From a bacterium (lineage in GTDB: Bacteria; UBA8248; JACPRG01; G963555815), in NCBI GenBank assembly GCA_965218795.1, contig OZ244653.1, forward strand, positions 3,488,001-3,552,000: a stretch of 64,000 nt of DNA, read 5' to 3'. The notes under the pieces are model-generated. The model did not search any database. It saw nothing but the letters and a program-made list of their open reading frames with translations, and was not told where the DNA came from. Made by a program: the position numbers and the translations under genes. Below, piece after piece: positions 9,172 through 18,695 of this stretch (its first letter is position 1; every line of letters begins with the position of its first letter).

Positions 9172-10962
9172 GTGGCCTATCAGGTAACCGCCAGAAAATA
9201 CCGTCCCCAAACCTTCGCCGATCTCACCGGGCAGGACCATATCCGAATGACGCTGCAAAATGCGCTTCGCCGGAAACGGGTGGCGCACGCTTATCTGTTC
9301 TCAGGGCCGCGCGGCGTCGGAAAAACGACCGTCGCGCGTCTGCTCGCCAAATCGGTGAACTGCGAGGCGCGCGTCCGGGCGATGGACGAGGGGGGCCAAT
9401 TGCCCGACGAACCCTGCAACCAGTGCTCATCCTGTCTGGAGATCATCGAGGATCGCTACCCCGACGTGATGGAGATCGACGGGGCGTCCAACACCGGCGT
9501 GGACAACGTGCGCGACCTCCGCGAGCAGGTGCGGTACGCCCCGGCGCGGGGCCGCAACAAGGTCTATATCATCGATGAGGTTCACATGCTCTCCAAGGGG
9601 GCGTTCAACGCGCTGCTGAAGACGCTCGAGGAGCCGCCCGACAACGTCATCTTCATTTTTGCGACCACCGAGCCGGAGAAAATTCCGGCGACCATTCATT
9701 CCCGCTGCCAATCCTTTGAGTTCCACCGCCTGCCGCCGAGCGTGATCATCGACCAGCTGAAACGGGTTGCCGAAGGTGAACACGTTGCAGTGGAAGCGCC
9801 GGCGCTGCACCTGCTGGCCCGCACGGCGGAAGGCAGCATGAGGGATGCCCAAAGCCTGTTCGATCAGGTCGTCGCGTATGCGGGCGGCCTCGAGGACGGC
9901 GCGTCCCTGACGGAAGGGGAAGCGTCCGAGGTGCTCGGCCTGGTCTCCGGCTCGGTCATTCGAAGGATCGCCGGGATGATCGCCGAGGACGACCCCGAAG
10001 GCATCGTCGACACCGTCCGGACCATCTTCAGCGAAGGCCAGGACGTTCGACAGTTCTGTATCTCACTCATGAATTTCTTCCGCGATCTCCTGATTGTCGA
10101 GTCGGTTCGTGACCCGGCCGGTCTTCTGGAAATGACGGAAGAAGAGGCCCGCGAGCTTCCCGATCTGGCGAAGAAGTTCGGGCGCGAAAAGCTCTATCGT
10201 TGTTTTCAAAAGGTGATGGACATGGAGCGGCAGGTTCGATTGGCTCCCAATCCTCAGCCGGTCCTGGAGGTCGCTCTCCTGATGATGGCCGAAATGCGGC
10301 CTTCGTCATCGCTTCAGGCGGTGATGGAGAAGCTGAACGCGGTCGAGGCCGCCATGGCCGCGGGAGCGGTCCAGCCTTCCTCTGATCGAGCGCCTGAAGG
10401 GGAATCCCGCGCTGCGTATGAGCCTCCCGAGGCGCACCCGCCTTCCCCGGAAAATCGAGAAACCGCACCCGAACCCTTCCCCGACACCGGCTCGGCGGAA
10501 ACCGTTCGTGAGGCGGAGCCGCCTCCTTTCAGCCCGGACGCGGACGACCAGCAAGGCCTTTGGAACCGGCTCATACACGAGATTGAAGCCCTGCGTCCGC
10601 CTCTGACCCGGTACTTCGACGATGGGCGGTTGGTATCCGTGGCGGAAGGCGAGGTGACCCTTGGGCTGGTCGGATACAACCTGAATCTTGCCAAGGATCA
10701 CAAGCTGGTGATCCAGGAAGCGGTCAGCCGGGTTTTGGGAAAAGGAAACAAGGTGACGCTGGTTCCCACGGATAGGCCTGGTCAACAGGAGAGAGCAGGG
10801 GAATCCTCCGGCGCCTCCGAGGCCGGCGCCGAAAACGGAGGCCCGCCCGCGCAACCCGGTGAGGTCTCTTCCGACGTGCTGAAACACATGTCGGAGGTTC
10901 TCCGGGACGCGGATGAAATCTTCGGAGAGGGCGACGATGACGACCCGCCGGGCTCACAGTGA
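9172..10962 (+). CDS. dnaX: DNA polymerase III subunit gamma/tau
   Basis: ARKYRPQTF, GPRGVGKT, IIDEVHML, TIHSRCQ; Pro/Glu-rich linker; GTG start at 9172. Confidence 0.97.
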   Translation: MAYQVTARKYRPQTFADLTGQDHIRMTLQNALRRKRVAHAYLFSGPRGVGKTTVARLLAKSVNCEARVRAMDEGGQLPDEPCNQCSSCLEIIEDRYPDVMEIDGASNTGVDNVRDLREQVRYAPARGRNKVYIIDEVHMLSKGAFNALLKTLEEPPDNVIFIFATTEPEKIPATIHSRCQSFEFHRLPPSVIIDQLKRVAEGEHVAVEAPALHLLARTAEGSMRDAQSLFDQVVAYAGGLEDGASLTEGEASEVLGLVSGSVIRRIAGMIAEDDPEGIVDTVRTIFSEGQDVRQFCISLMNFFRDLLIVESVRDPAGLLEMTEEEARELPDLAKKFGREKLYRCFQKVMDMERQVRLAPNPQPVLEVALLMMAEMRPSSSLQAVMEKLNAVEAAMAAGAVQPSSDRAPEGESRAAYEPPEAHPPSPENRETAPEPFPDTGSAETVREAEPPPFSPDADDQQGLWNRLIHEIEALRPPLTRYFDDGRLVSVAEGEVTLGLVGYNLNLAKDHKLVIQEAVSRVLGKGNKVTLVPTDRPGQQERAGESSGASEAGAENGGPPAQPGEVSSDVLKHMSEVLRDADEIFGEGDDDDPPGSQ

Positions 10963-10991
10963 ATTGCGAACTCCAAGGAGAACCCCGACCA

Positions 10992-11315
10992 ATGGCTCGT
11001 AATTTCGGGAACATGGGACAGATGATGAAGCAGGCCCAGAAGCTTCAAGAGGATATGCAAAAACTCCAGGATGATCTGGGCGGCCGGACAGTGGAGGGCA
11101 CCGCCGGAGGCGGCATGGTGAAGGCCGTCGTCACCGGCAAGCAGGAGCTGGTTTCCATCGAGATCGAGAAAGACGTTGTGGACCCAGAGGACATCGAAAT
11201 GCTCCAGGACTTGGTGACCGCCGCCGTCAACGAAGCCCTGCGGAAGTCCCGCGAAATGGTCACGGAGCAAATGTCCAAGCTCACGGGCGGGATCAATATT
11301 CCGGGTTTGACGTAA
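10992..11315 (+). CDS. ybaB: YbaB/EbfC nucleoid-associated protein
   Basis: MKQAQKLQ, AGGGMVK, EMLQDLVTAAVNEA; AAGGAG upstream; lies between dnaX and recR. Confidence 0.95.
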   Translation: MARNFGNMGQMMKQAQKLQEDMQKLQDDLGGRTVEGTAGGGMVKAVVTGKQELVSIEIEKDVVDPEDIEMLQDLVTAAVNEALRKSREMVTEQMSKLTGGINIPGLT

Positions 11316-11351
11316 TGTTTGGCGCACGACCTGAATCACTGGAAAAGCGGC

Positions 11352-11650
11352 TGGAACGGGAGGAGGCAGTAAAGAATCCCAGGGGGACATTTTGAAAACT
11401 GTCCCCCTGAGAACCCCCTCGAAAACTTTTGTTTCACCATAAGGGCTGCCCCTGCGGAGCAGCCCTTATGGTATGAAATGGGTCACTTGGCAGGATGCTG
11501 CGTCTGCCGCTGGACACGTAATGTCCAAGGCAAACGGGCATCCTGCCAAAACGGGTGTTCCGTGCAGAATAGCGGTCCATCAGCTAACATCCAAGCGGCG
11601 CGGGCAGGCCGGGGGCCAAAGGCTCGGCTGTCAAAAGCTTTTAAAAGGGC
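11352..11650. repeat. ~300-bp composite element (two outward-facing modules); inverted copy of 14171..14468
   Basis: Its reverse complement aligns along the whole length with the element at ~14.2-14.5 kb. Hairpins at 11378..11410 and 11436..11472. Confidence 0.9.
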
Positions 11651-11665
11651 CGAGAGGTTTTCTTC

Positions 11666-12262
11666 TTGGAGAAATTTCCAGCCATCCAGGCCGTCGTGAA
11701 CGAGCTGCGCAAGCTTCCCGGTATCGGTCCCAAAAGCGCCCAGCGAATGGCGTTTCATCTCCTCAAGCGCAGCCGGGAAGACGTTGGAGCTCTGGCGTCG
11801 GCCATCCGCGACCTGAAAGAAAAGGTGCGCTTCTGTTCACGCTGCCACGGCATCGCCGAGGGCGAGCTTTGCGGTTTTTGCGCCGATCCTGCGCGGGACG
11901 CGTCGCTGGTCTGCGTGGTCGAGGAGCCGGGAGACGTCTTCGCCGTGGAGAAGACGGGAGAGTTTCGCGGGCGGTACCACGTCTTGATGGGCGCGCTTTC
12001 CCCCCTGGACGGGATTGGGCCGGAGGAACTGACTATCGCCTCGCTCGAGCGCCGCGTCGGGGAAGACGGCATCAAGGAGGCCATCATCGCGACCAATCCG
12101 AACCTGGAAGGGGACGCGACGGCCATGTATCTGTCGAAGGCCCTTTCCCCCAAAGGGGTGCAGGTCTCTCGAATCGCCCGCGGTCTGCCCGTCGGGACGT
12201 CCCTGGAATTCGCCGATGAGGTGACGCTCACGCGCTCAATCGAAGGCCGCCGGGAGATATAG
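11666..12262 (+). CDS. recR: Recombination mediator RecR
   Basis: LPGIGPKSAQR HhH motif, C4 zinc finger, Toprim CVVEEP...ATNPNLEGDATA, SRIARGLPVG. Confidence 0.97.
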   Translation: MEKFPAIQAVVNELRKLPGIGPKSAQRMAFHLLKRSREDVGALASAIRDLKEKVRFCSRCHGIAEGELCGFCADPARDASLVCVVEEPGDVFAVEKTGEFRGRYHVLMGALSPLDGIGPEELTIASLERRVGEDGIKEAIIATNPNLEGDATAMYLSKALSPKGVQVSRIARGLPVGTSLEFADEVTLTRSIEGRREI

Positions 12263-12779
12263 GCTCAGCGCGTCTGAAAAAAGTGCAGCCAGGCGCCTTT
12301 CCGGACAAATGATATCTTGCAAAGGAGAAACGAGAACCCCCGGATAACAGGAGAACAGAGGGTAGGCTGGCAGCAGAAATTCAGGCAACAGAGGGCGGGC
12401 TGCGAGAGAAGGGCCTGGACAGTCCCTGAAGTTCTACAACACCGAACAACCCCATCTGAGATATCGAAACCAGGGCCGAAGGCCCATCGAAACCAACAAT
12501 CTATTCGTTAGCCGGGATGGTTACAATGAGACGCGCTTTTTTCAGTATGGATTCCCCCGAACCATTGTAGGATCGCATTCGTTGTTTGTAAGAAATTTCA
12601 AAAGTCTTCCGGTGTGGGTTCATGTAGAATTATCATTGATAATTTTTGGCAAGCCGTATTCGAAACGGGCAAGACTCCTGGAGGAATACAAATCATGACA
12701 AATCCTCTGAATTTGATGGAAATGATTAAGGATAAGGATTCGTGAGGAACCAGCCGATTGTGATAATAGGATATCTCCC

Positions 12780-14126
12780 ATGAAGCCCGACCTCGTCGTC
12801 AAGAACGCGAAGGTGGTCAACTCGCTGGGAACGTACGAGGGCCACATTCTGATCAAAGACGGTAAGGTCCTGGCGGTGGCTTCGGAACTGAACGGCGAGC
12901 CGGAATCCGTCATCGACGCCGAAGGGCTGCACGTCATCCCGGGAATGGTCGACGATCACGTCCACATGATGGACCCGGGCCACACCGAGCGGGAGGACTT
13001 CACCACCGGCACCAAAGCCTCCGCGCGGGGCGGCGCGACCACCGTCATCGAGCATCACCGCACGCTCCCGCCCGTGTTCTCGGCAGACCTTCTGCGCGAG
13101 AAGAGCGAATACCTGAAAGACAGATCCGTCGTCGATTTCGCCCAGCTCGGCGGGCTGGCGCCTGACAACCTCCATGAGCTTCGGCCCATGTGGGAGGCTG
13201 GCGCGCTCGGATTCAAAGGGTTTCTCGTCGAGCTGCACGGAGCCCCCATGCTGAGCGAGGGGGTTCTCCTCGACATCATGCGCGAGGTGAGATCCTTCAA
13301 CGGGACGTGCCTCTACCATTGCGAAAGCGACACCATCTGCAGGAAGGGCCAGGAGAAGCTCGAAGAAGAGGGCCGGACGGATTACCGGTCCATGCTGGAT
13401 TGGCGTTCGATGGAAGCCGAGTACATGGCGTCCATGGAACTGATCCATCTGGTGGAGCTGACCGGCTGCCAGTCCACCATCGCCCACGTCAGCCAGCCCC
13501 GCATCCTGGAGGCGATCCAGACGGCCCGGCGGCGCGGCGCGCCGATTTACGCCGAATCCTGCCCGCAATATTTCTACATGACCGAAGAAGAAGGCGAGAG
13601 GCGCGGGCCGTGGGCCAAATTCACCCCGCCGCCCCGTCCGGAAGAGGTTCGCGACGGGATGCGCGCGGCGCTCGGGAAGGGCTGGGTGGATATCCTCGCC
13701 ACCGACCACTGTCCTCACGTCAAGGAAGACAAGGAAAAGGGACTCGACAATATTCACGAAGCGCCGTTCGGCATCCCGGGAATCGATACCACTTCCCGCA
13801 TGATGTTGAACGCGGTGAACGAAGGCTGGCTGACGCTCGGGCGCCTCGTGCAGATGATGTGCGAGCAGCCCGCCCGGCTCTACAACATTTTTCCGAAAAA
13901 GGGCGCGCTCCAACCCGGCTCGGACGCCGATCTGCTCATCGTCGATATGGACCGCAAGGAAACGCTCACCAACGATTCCATGGTCAGCAAATGCGGGTGG
14001 ACGACGTACGACGGGATGGAAACGATCGGCGCGCCGGTCCTGACGATGGTCCGCGGCCATGTGGTGATGAAGGACGGCCGCGTCACGGGCGAAGCGGGTA
14101 TCGGCGTCGAAGTGACGCGCGTTTGA
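12780..14126 (+). CDS. Cyclic amidohydrolase (allantoinase / dihydroorotase / hydantoinase family)
   Basis: PGMVDDHVH, GFKGF (carboxylated Lys position), YHCE, IAHVS, ATDHCP and GSDADL. Confidence 0.88.
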   Translation: MKPDLVVKNAKVVNSLGTYEGHILIKDGKVLAVASELNGEPESVIDAEGLHVIPGMVDDHVHMMDPGHTEREDFTTGTKASARGGATTVIEHHRTLPPVFSADLLREKSEYLKDRSVVDFAQLGGLAPDNLHELRPMWEAGALGFKGFLVELHGAPMLSEGVLLDIMREVRSFNGTCLYHCESDTICRKGQEKLEEEGRTDYRSMLDWRSMEAEYMASMELIHLVELTGCQSTIAHVSQPRILEAIQTARRRGAPIYAESCPQYFYMTEEEGERRGPWAKFTPPPRPEEVRDGMRAALGKGWVDILATDHCPHVKEDKEKGLDNIHEAPFGIPGIDTTSRMMLNAVNEGWLTLGRLVQMMCEQPARLYNIFPKKGALQPGSDADLLIVDMDRKETLTNDSMVSKCGWTTYDGMETIGAPVLTMVRGHVVMKDGRVTGEAGIGVEVTRV

Positions 14127-14135
14127 CAGAAACCC

Positions 14136-14468
14136 CTTGGGGGAGCTTTTTGGAAAAAGTTCCCCCAAGCCCCCTTAAAAACCTTTGACGGCCGAGCCTT
14201 CGGCCCGGCCTGCCCGCGCCGCCTGGGTGTTAGCTGATGGACCGCTATTCTGCGCGGAACACCCGTTTGGGCGGATGCCCGTTTGCCTTGGACATTACGT
14301 ATCCGGCGGCAGGCGCAGCATCCTGCCAAGCAACCCATTTCATACCATCAAGGGCTGTCCCGCAGGGGCAGCCCTTGATGGTGAAACAAAAGTTTTCGAG
14401 GGGGGTTCTCGGGGGGACAGTTTTCAAAATGTCCCCCCGAGATTTTCTACTGCCTCTTCCCGCTCCGA
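14136..14468. repeat. Complete composite element with two outward-facing hairpin-linker-hairpin modules
   Basis: Minus-strand module 14136..14210 and plus-strand module 14344..14442 flank a core shared with 11473..11606. Lies between convergent genes. Confidence 0.9.
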
Positions 14469-14570
14469 CGTCTCATCCTCAGCGGGGGCGTTGGTCGAAA
14501 CACCGAGGATCATCAACAATCCAAGGAAGAAGATCGGTAGTTGTTTGGTGAATTTCATCCTGATTGAACC

Positions 14571-15383
14571 CTATTGAAGGGTGAAACCCCACCACTGCAG
14601 GGCGAACGAAGCCGCGCTGATGCACGTTGCGTAGATGCCCGCGCCGCGCCTGCCCATTCCAATAGCGATTCCCCCGGCGGCAATGCCCGCCCCGCCGAAC
14701 CAGGGGAAATAGTGATCGGAGGCAAAGCACAGAAGCGCCAAGCCGAGCCCCGTTTTCACCGTCAGGATCCCTTTCCGGTGTTGGGGGTCGTTCTCTTTGG
14801 GGACCGGCTCGATGAAGATCCAGACCGCCAAGGCGAGGGCAATGGACCCTTTGACCGTTCCCGTTCCCGGGATGAAAAGCGGCCAGCCGGTGATTCCGGT
14901 CAGCAGAATCACGACCGCCGCCGCGACGGCCACGCCGCCCAGGTAGACGATCTGTCTGTACAGGCGTTCAGGGGGACCTTCCATGGACCGGAAGACCCCT
15001 TTCTTGCTCATTTCCGGCCCCGATTCCTCCGGCTTTTCCGTTTCACGGAAGTCGGGCGCGGTCCCCGCCATGGCGGAAAGCGGGCCGGCAGCCGGGGCTT
15101 TTCTCTCCCTGGCCACCTGCGCGCGGAATGCCCGCCAGCGACCGATGGTCAGCCACAGGCCGAACAGGTCCACAAACGTCAGAACCGCGATAACCAGCGA
15201 CAGCGTGAGATTGACGAAAATGGGCCGCTCGGTCGCCCGCAGGCTGAAAAAGCCGACGACCATCATCCAGATGAGCCACCCGAAGATTGTCAAGTAGACC
15301 TGGAACGCGTGCGCAGAGGACATTCGGGGGTGTTTCTGAATCGGCGGCCTCATTCGGGCCAACGCATCGAGATCTTTGTTCAT
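14571..15383 (-). CDS. Hypothetical multi-pass membrane protein
   Basis: Long ORF with about 7 hydrophobic segments; start uncertain (15437, 15383 or 15323). Confidence 0.65.
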   Translation of the reverse strand: MNKDLDALARMRPPIQKHPRMSSAHAFQVYLTIFGWLIWMMVVGFFSLRATERPIFVNLTLSLVIAVLTFVDLFGLWLTIGRWRAFRAQVARERKAPAAGPLSAMAGTAPDFRETEKPEESGPEMSKKGVFRSMEGPPERLYRQIVYLGGVAVAAAVVILLTGITGWPLFIPGTGTVKGSIALALAVWIFIEPVPKENDPQHRKGILTVKTGLGLALLCFASDHYFPWFGGAGIAAGGIAIGMGRRGAGIYATCISAASFALQWWGFTLQ

Positions 15384-15449
15384 TTCAGGGCAGCGTTTTG
15401 AGATGTTGGGGGAGGCGCTTTTCGAGCGCTCGCGCACCGGCTCCTTTGG

Positions 15450-15609
15450 GGATGAAAGCCTTGTCTCTGAATCATGATTTTGTGGCGCCCAACCTTTCCG
15501 ATGGCCTGATGAGCAGGCTCGCCAGTGAGGAAAGCGGACACGATGTGCCCCCCCTCAGCAAAACTTTCGTTTCGCGATGGGCGCTGTCCTTCGGGCTGCG
15601 CTCCATCGC
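15450..15609 (-). repeat. Hairpin-linker element plus core shared with 17209..17340 and 19935..20102
   Basis: Shares TTGTCTCTGAATCA...GTGGCGC...CGATGGCCT with the 17.2 kb copy. Minus strand reads hairpin + GAAACGAAAGTTTTGC. Confidence 0.75.
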
Positions 15610-15791
15610 AGAAGGCTCTCGTATTTGTTCCGCGCCAATTCCGGCTGAGCTTGAGTCACTTGCATCCTCCGCAAGCACGACGGGCTTGGCGGACTATCTG
15701 CTGGCTGAAAGCCCGTCCTGGCAAAGAGCCAGTCGCGCCAAGCTCAATGACGGCTTTCTTTTCTTGGATCCGTCTGTCTGCATACGTTGAC

Positions 15792-16097
15792 TCAGAGAAC
15801 TCCGTTCCAGGCCGCGAGGCCTCCGGCCAGGCTTCGCACATTCTCAAAATCCCGGTTGCGGAGAAACTCGGCGACCGAAGCGCTGCGCTGGCCCCTCGCG
15901 CAATAAACGGCAATCTCGGACTCCGGGTCGAGCTCATGCGTCCGTCCCGGCACATCGCCCATGGGTATGCAGACGGCGCCGGGCAGGCCGGGCGTCTCGT
16001 TCACTTCCTCCGGATCCCGGACGTCCAGCAGAATGCTCTCCGGTTTTTCCTGGAGCCTGGCCTTCAGTTCTTCAGGAGAAATTTCGAGCGGCTCCAC
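15792..16097 (-). CDS. Single-domain rhodanese / sulfurtransferase
   Basis: LLDVRDPEE, VYCARGQRS active-site loop, LAGGLAAW. Confidence 0.92.
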   Translation of the reverse strand: MEPLEISPEELKARLQEKPESILLDVRDPEEVNETPGLPGAVCIPMGDVPGRTHELDPESEIAVYCARGQRSASVAEFLRNRDFENVRSLAGGLAAWNGVL

Positions 16098-16100
16098 GGG

Positions 16101-17003
16101 TCATTCGTCCCCAAGCCCGGGCCACAGAGCCTTCGCCACGCAATCAATCGGCCGGACCGACTCGGCCTGGGGAAGAACGCCGGCCATCCCGTCCAAAATG
16201 ACCTGGATGCCTTCGAGGGACGGGACGGGCGGGTCCGGAATGTTCTTCGACCAGAAGCCGTACGTCACTTCGAGGTTTTCATCGTTGCCCATGCTGGGCA
16301 TATTTCTGCGCAGGACGCTCTTGGCCAGACCGGGATCGGACTTGAACGTCTTCACGCCCTCCCTGTAAGCCCGCATGAAGCGGTCGGCCATTTCCCGCTT
16401 ATCCGCGGCGAAGGATTGGAGCGCGAACCCGACCCCGCCCTGATAATTCATCGTCCGGCCGTCCCAGATGAGGTTGCAGCCCTCGCGCACGGTCCGGGCG
16501 CTGAAGGGCAGCGGCAGAATGGCCGCCTCCACCTCTCCGGCGAGAAGGCCCTCGCACGCCGCCTGGAAGCCGTCCCAGTAGGGAACCCGCACGGGGTCGC
16601 CATCCTTCCCCGTCAAACCCCACTCGGCGAACATCAAATCCAGGGTGAAGTCGGCGTTGCCCTTCAGGCTGAACCCGCCGATTTTGCAGCCCTTCAGGTC
16701 GCCGGGTTTCTCAATTCCGTTCTGCGCGACGATGCTCAGGTGGTTGAAGTCGTTCAGGTTGAGGATGATCTCGACGGCCTCGCCTTCGACGGCGGCGCGG
16801 ACAACCGGGTACCCGCCGAACGTGCAGACGTCTACGATGTCCTCGAAAACCACCTGAAGGGTCCGCTTCGCGGGCGGCTCAAAGGTAATGACGGCGTCGA
16901 GCCCTTCTTCGCGAAACAGCCCCGCCTCCCGGGCCAACCAGGGGATGCACTGGTTCGCCGACAGAGCGCCCAATCCGATTCGGATCTTCTCCAGCCCAGG
17001 CAT
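16101..17003 (-). CDS. NMT1/SsuA-like substrate-binding-fold protein
   Basis: WLAREAGLFREEGLD, IEKPGDLKGCKIG, LLAGEVEAA and RFMRAYREG; GAGGAG RBS. Confidence 0.8.
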   Translation of the reverse strand: MPGLEKIRIGLGALSANQCIPWLAREAGLFREEGLDAVITFEPPAKRTLQVVFEDIVDVCTFGGYPVVRAAVEGEAVEIILNLNDFNHLSIVAQNGIEKPGDLKGCKIGGFSLKGNADFTLDLMFAEWGLTGKDGDPVRVPYWDGFQAACEGLLAGEVEAAILPLPFSARTVREGCNLIWDGRTMNYQGGVGFALQSFAADKREMADRFMRAYREGVKTFKSDPGLAKSVLRRNMPSMGNDENLEVTYGFWSKNIPDPPVPSLEGIQVILDGMAGVLPQAESVRPIDCVAKALWPGLGDE

Positions 17004-17159
17004 GCGTTGCTCCTCGCCGCGCTCAACCCGATGAAATCCATGGATAGATAAGCGTATCAAGAGACGTTTTCAAAGCAAAGACGGAATAACCGCGATGGTT
17101 TTCTGTGACGATTTTGTGGAGACCGACAGGACCGAATTTCGAATGAGAATAGATTGAAA

Positions 17160-17549
17160 AATTTTTTCCGGGGGGACATTTTGGGCACTGGCGTGCCGGC
17201 CGTTTCGCGGATGAGGATTTGTCTCTGAATCAGATCTTCGTGGCGCATTGCCTTGCGATGGCCTCATCACCAGGCATGCGAGTGCTGAGAACCGACACAG
17301 TGTGTCTCCCCCCAGAGCCCCCTCGAAAACTTTCATTTCTCGGTGGCGTGCTTCGCACGCTATCGCAAAAGCTGGTGCCTTGTCCGGATGCGGGAGCGTT
17401 CCGCAGGAAGGCGCGCATCCGGTCAAAGTCTGCGTTCCGCGCGGTTCGGCGATGTGGTTAGCAAACCGACCCACACCGCGAGCAGGCCCGGCTGGGCCGC
17501 GGAAAGTTCTAGGGGAGTCTGGGGGGCGTCTTACAAGAAGCCCCCCAGG
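17160..17549. repeat. Composite intergenic repeat: core plus outward-facing modules at 17305..17366 (-) and 17485..17549 (+)
   Basis: Minus strand GCGTGCGAAGCACGC + GAAATGAAAGTTTTCGAGGGGG. Plus strand GGCCCGGCTGGGCC + GGAAAGTTCTAGGGG + CTGGGGGGC...GCCCCCCAG. Confidence 0.8.
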
Positions 17550-17560
17550 AATCTCTCCCA

Positions 17561-18394
17561 TCATCCCTTTCCCTTCCTTTCATAGGTTTCCAGGCCCGGG
17601 CGGTACTTGCCCGCCGTAAACTGGCCGATTCCTTCCGTTACCCATTCGCCTTGCTGGAGGTACGTGATCTCCCGGCTCTTCGTGAGCGATAGGGCGACGG
17701 CGTCGGTAAACTCCATGTTCTGGCTCATTCGAAACAGTTCCTTGGCCGCGCGCAGGGCGACGGGGTTCTTGTTGCGGAGCTCGTCGGCCAGCGACCGCAC
17801 CTCTTTCATCAAATCACACAGGGGGACAGCCTGGTTGACCAAGCCCATATCGGCGGCCTTTCGGCCGTCGAAGGGCTTTCCGGTCATGATGTAGTAGAGC
17901 GCGTCACGCGGCCGCATCAGCTCGCCGACGACCTTCGTGACCGGGCCCGCGGGAATGCTGCCGAAGTTGATTTCCGGGATTCCAAACGTGGCCTCTTCTG
18001 CGGCGATGGCCAGATCGCATCCGGCGGCGACGGGGATGCCTCCGCCGAAGCACCAGCCGTTGACTGCGGCAATGGTCGGCTTGGGGAACATCCGAAGCTT
18101 TTGTCCCCGCCACTCCTGGGCGAGCGCCTGCGTTCGGTCCCACTCCAGCGGTTTGTCTTTCAGGTCGACGAAGGTTTCCTTCAGGTCCATCCCGGCGCAG
18201 AAGCTATCCCCCGCCCCGGTGAAGACGAGCACATCCGTTGCCTTGTCGAACCGGAGGCGGTCCAGGGCGTCCACCATATCGGCGCTCATGGCCGGACTGA
18301 TGGCGTTCTTCTTTTCCGGCCGGTTCAGCGTGACCGTCGTCACGCCGCCGTCGTTTTCGATCCGTATGGTTTCGTAATCGGGGTAAGCGCCCAT
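17561..18394 (-). CDS. Crotonase-family enzyme closest to hydroxycinnamoyl-CoA hydratase/lyase
   Basis: LNRPEKKNA, FCAGMDLKE, AVNGWCFGGG, PEINFG, DALYYIMTG and C-terminal YRPGLETY; AAGGAG RBS. Confidence 0.85.
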   Translation of the reverse strand: MGAYPDYETIRIENDGGVTTVTLNRPEKKNAISPAMSADMVDALDRLRFDKATDVLVFTGAGDSFCAGMDLKETFVDLKDKPLEWDRTQALAQEWRGQKLRMFPKPTIAAVNGWCFGGGIPVAAGCDLAIAAEEATFGIPEINFGSIPAGPVTKVVGELMRPRDALYYIMTGKPFDGRKAADMGLVNQAVPLCDLMKEVRSLADELRNKNPVALRAAKELFRMSQNMEFTDAVALSLTKSREITYLQQGEWVTEGIGQFTAGKYRPGLETYERKGKG

Positions 18395-18490
18395 GTCTTG
18401 CCGTCTCCTTGTTGGGCTCCTTCCGCGGAGGGCGAATGGAGGTTGGTTCGGTTGCGGATGGATTTGGATGACGTCAACGCCCCGCCGGGG

Positions 18491-18695
18491 TCAGGATGAG
18501 CCTGCTGGCAGGGCCGCATTGAGATGACGTTTCGGCTCGACCTTCACGGGACCGGTTTCATATTCCAGCTCGCCTATTGTGACACGGGCGAAACCGAATT
18601 GCTCGATCGCCCATGCGTTGGTCGTCAAGTGAAGGCTGATGCGCTGGGCCGTGAACTCCGAACCGCCTGAGGCCAACGCCAGCGGAAGTATGTTC
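18491..18695 (-). pseudogene. 3' remnant resembling the C-terminus of RNA 3'-terminal phosphate cyclase
   Basis: ILPLALASGGSEFTAQRISLHLTTNAWAIEQF resembles the RtcA tail (LLPLALA...S.H..TN..VIE.F). No upstream part of the gene is visible. Confidence 0.6.

Noticed and set aside
9172-10962. Programmed frameshift in dnaX
   Set aside because: No A-AAA-AAG slippery site or long A run is seen.
11473-12219. Similar short ORFs at 11.5 kb and 14.2 kb (MKWVTWQDAA..., MGHLAGCC...)
   Set aside because: They are translations of the repeat, and the frames are not preserved between copies.
12646-12680. Sigma54 promoter or c-di-GMP-I riboswitch
   Set aside because: TTGGCA has no correctly spaced TTGC, and the GCAAA/P2 stem of the riboswitch is absent.
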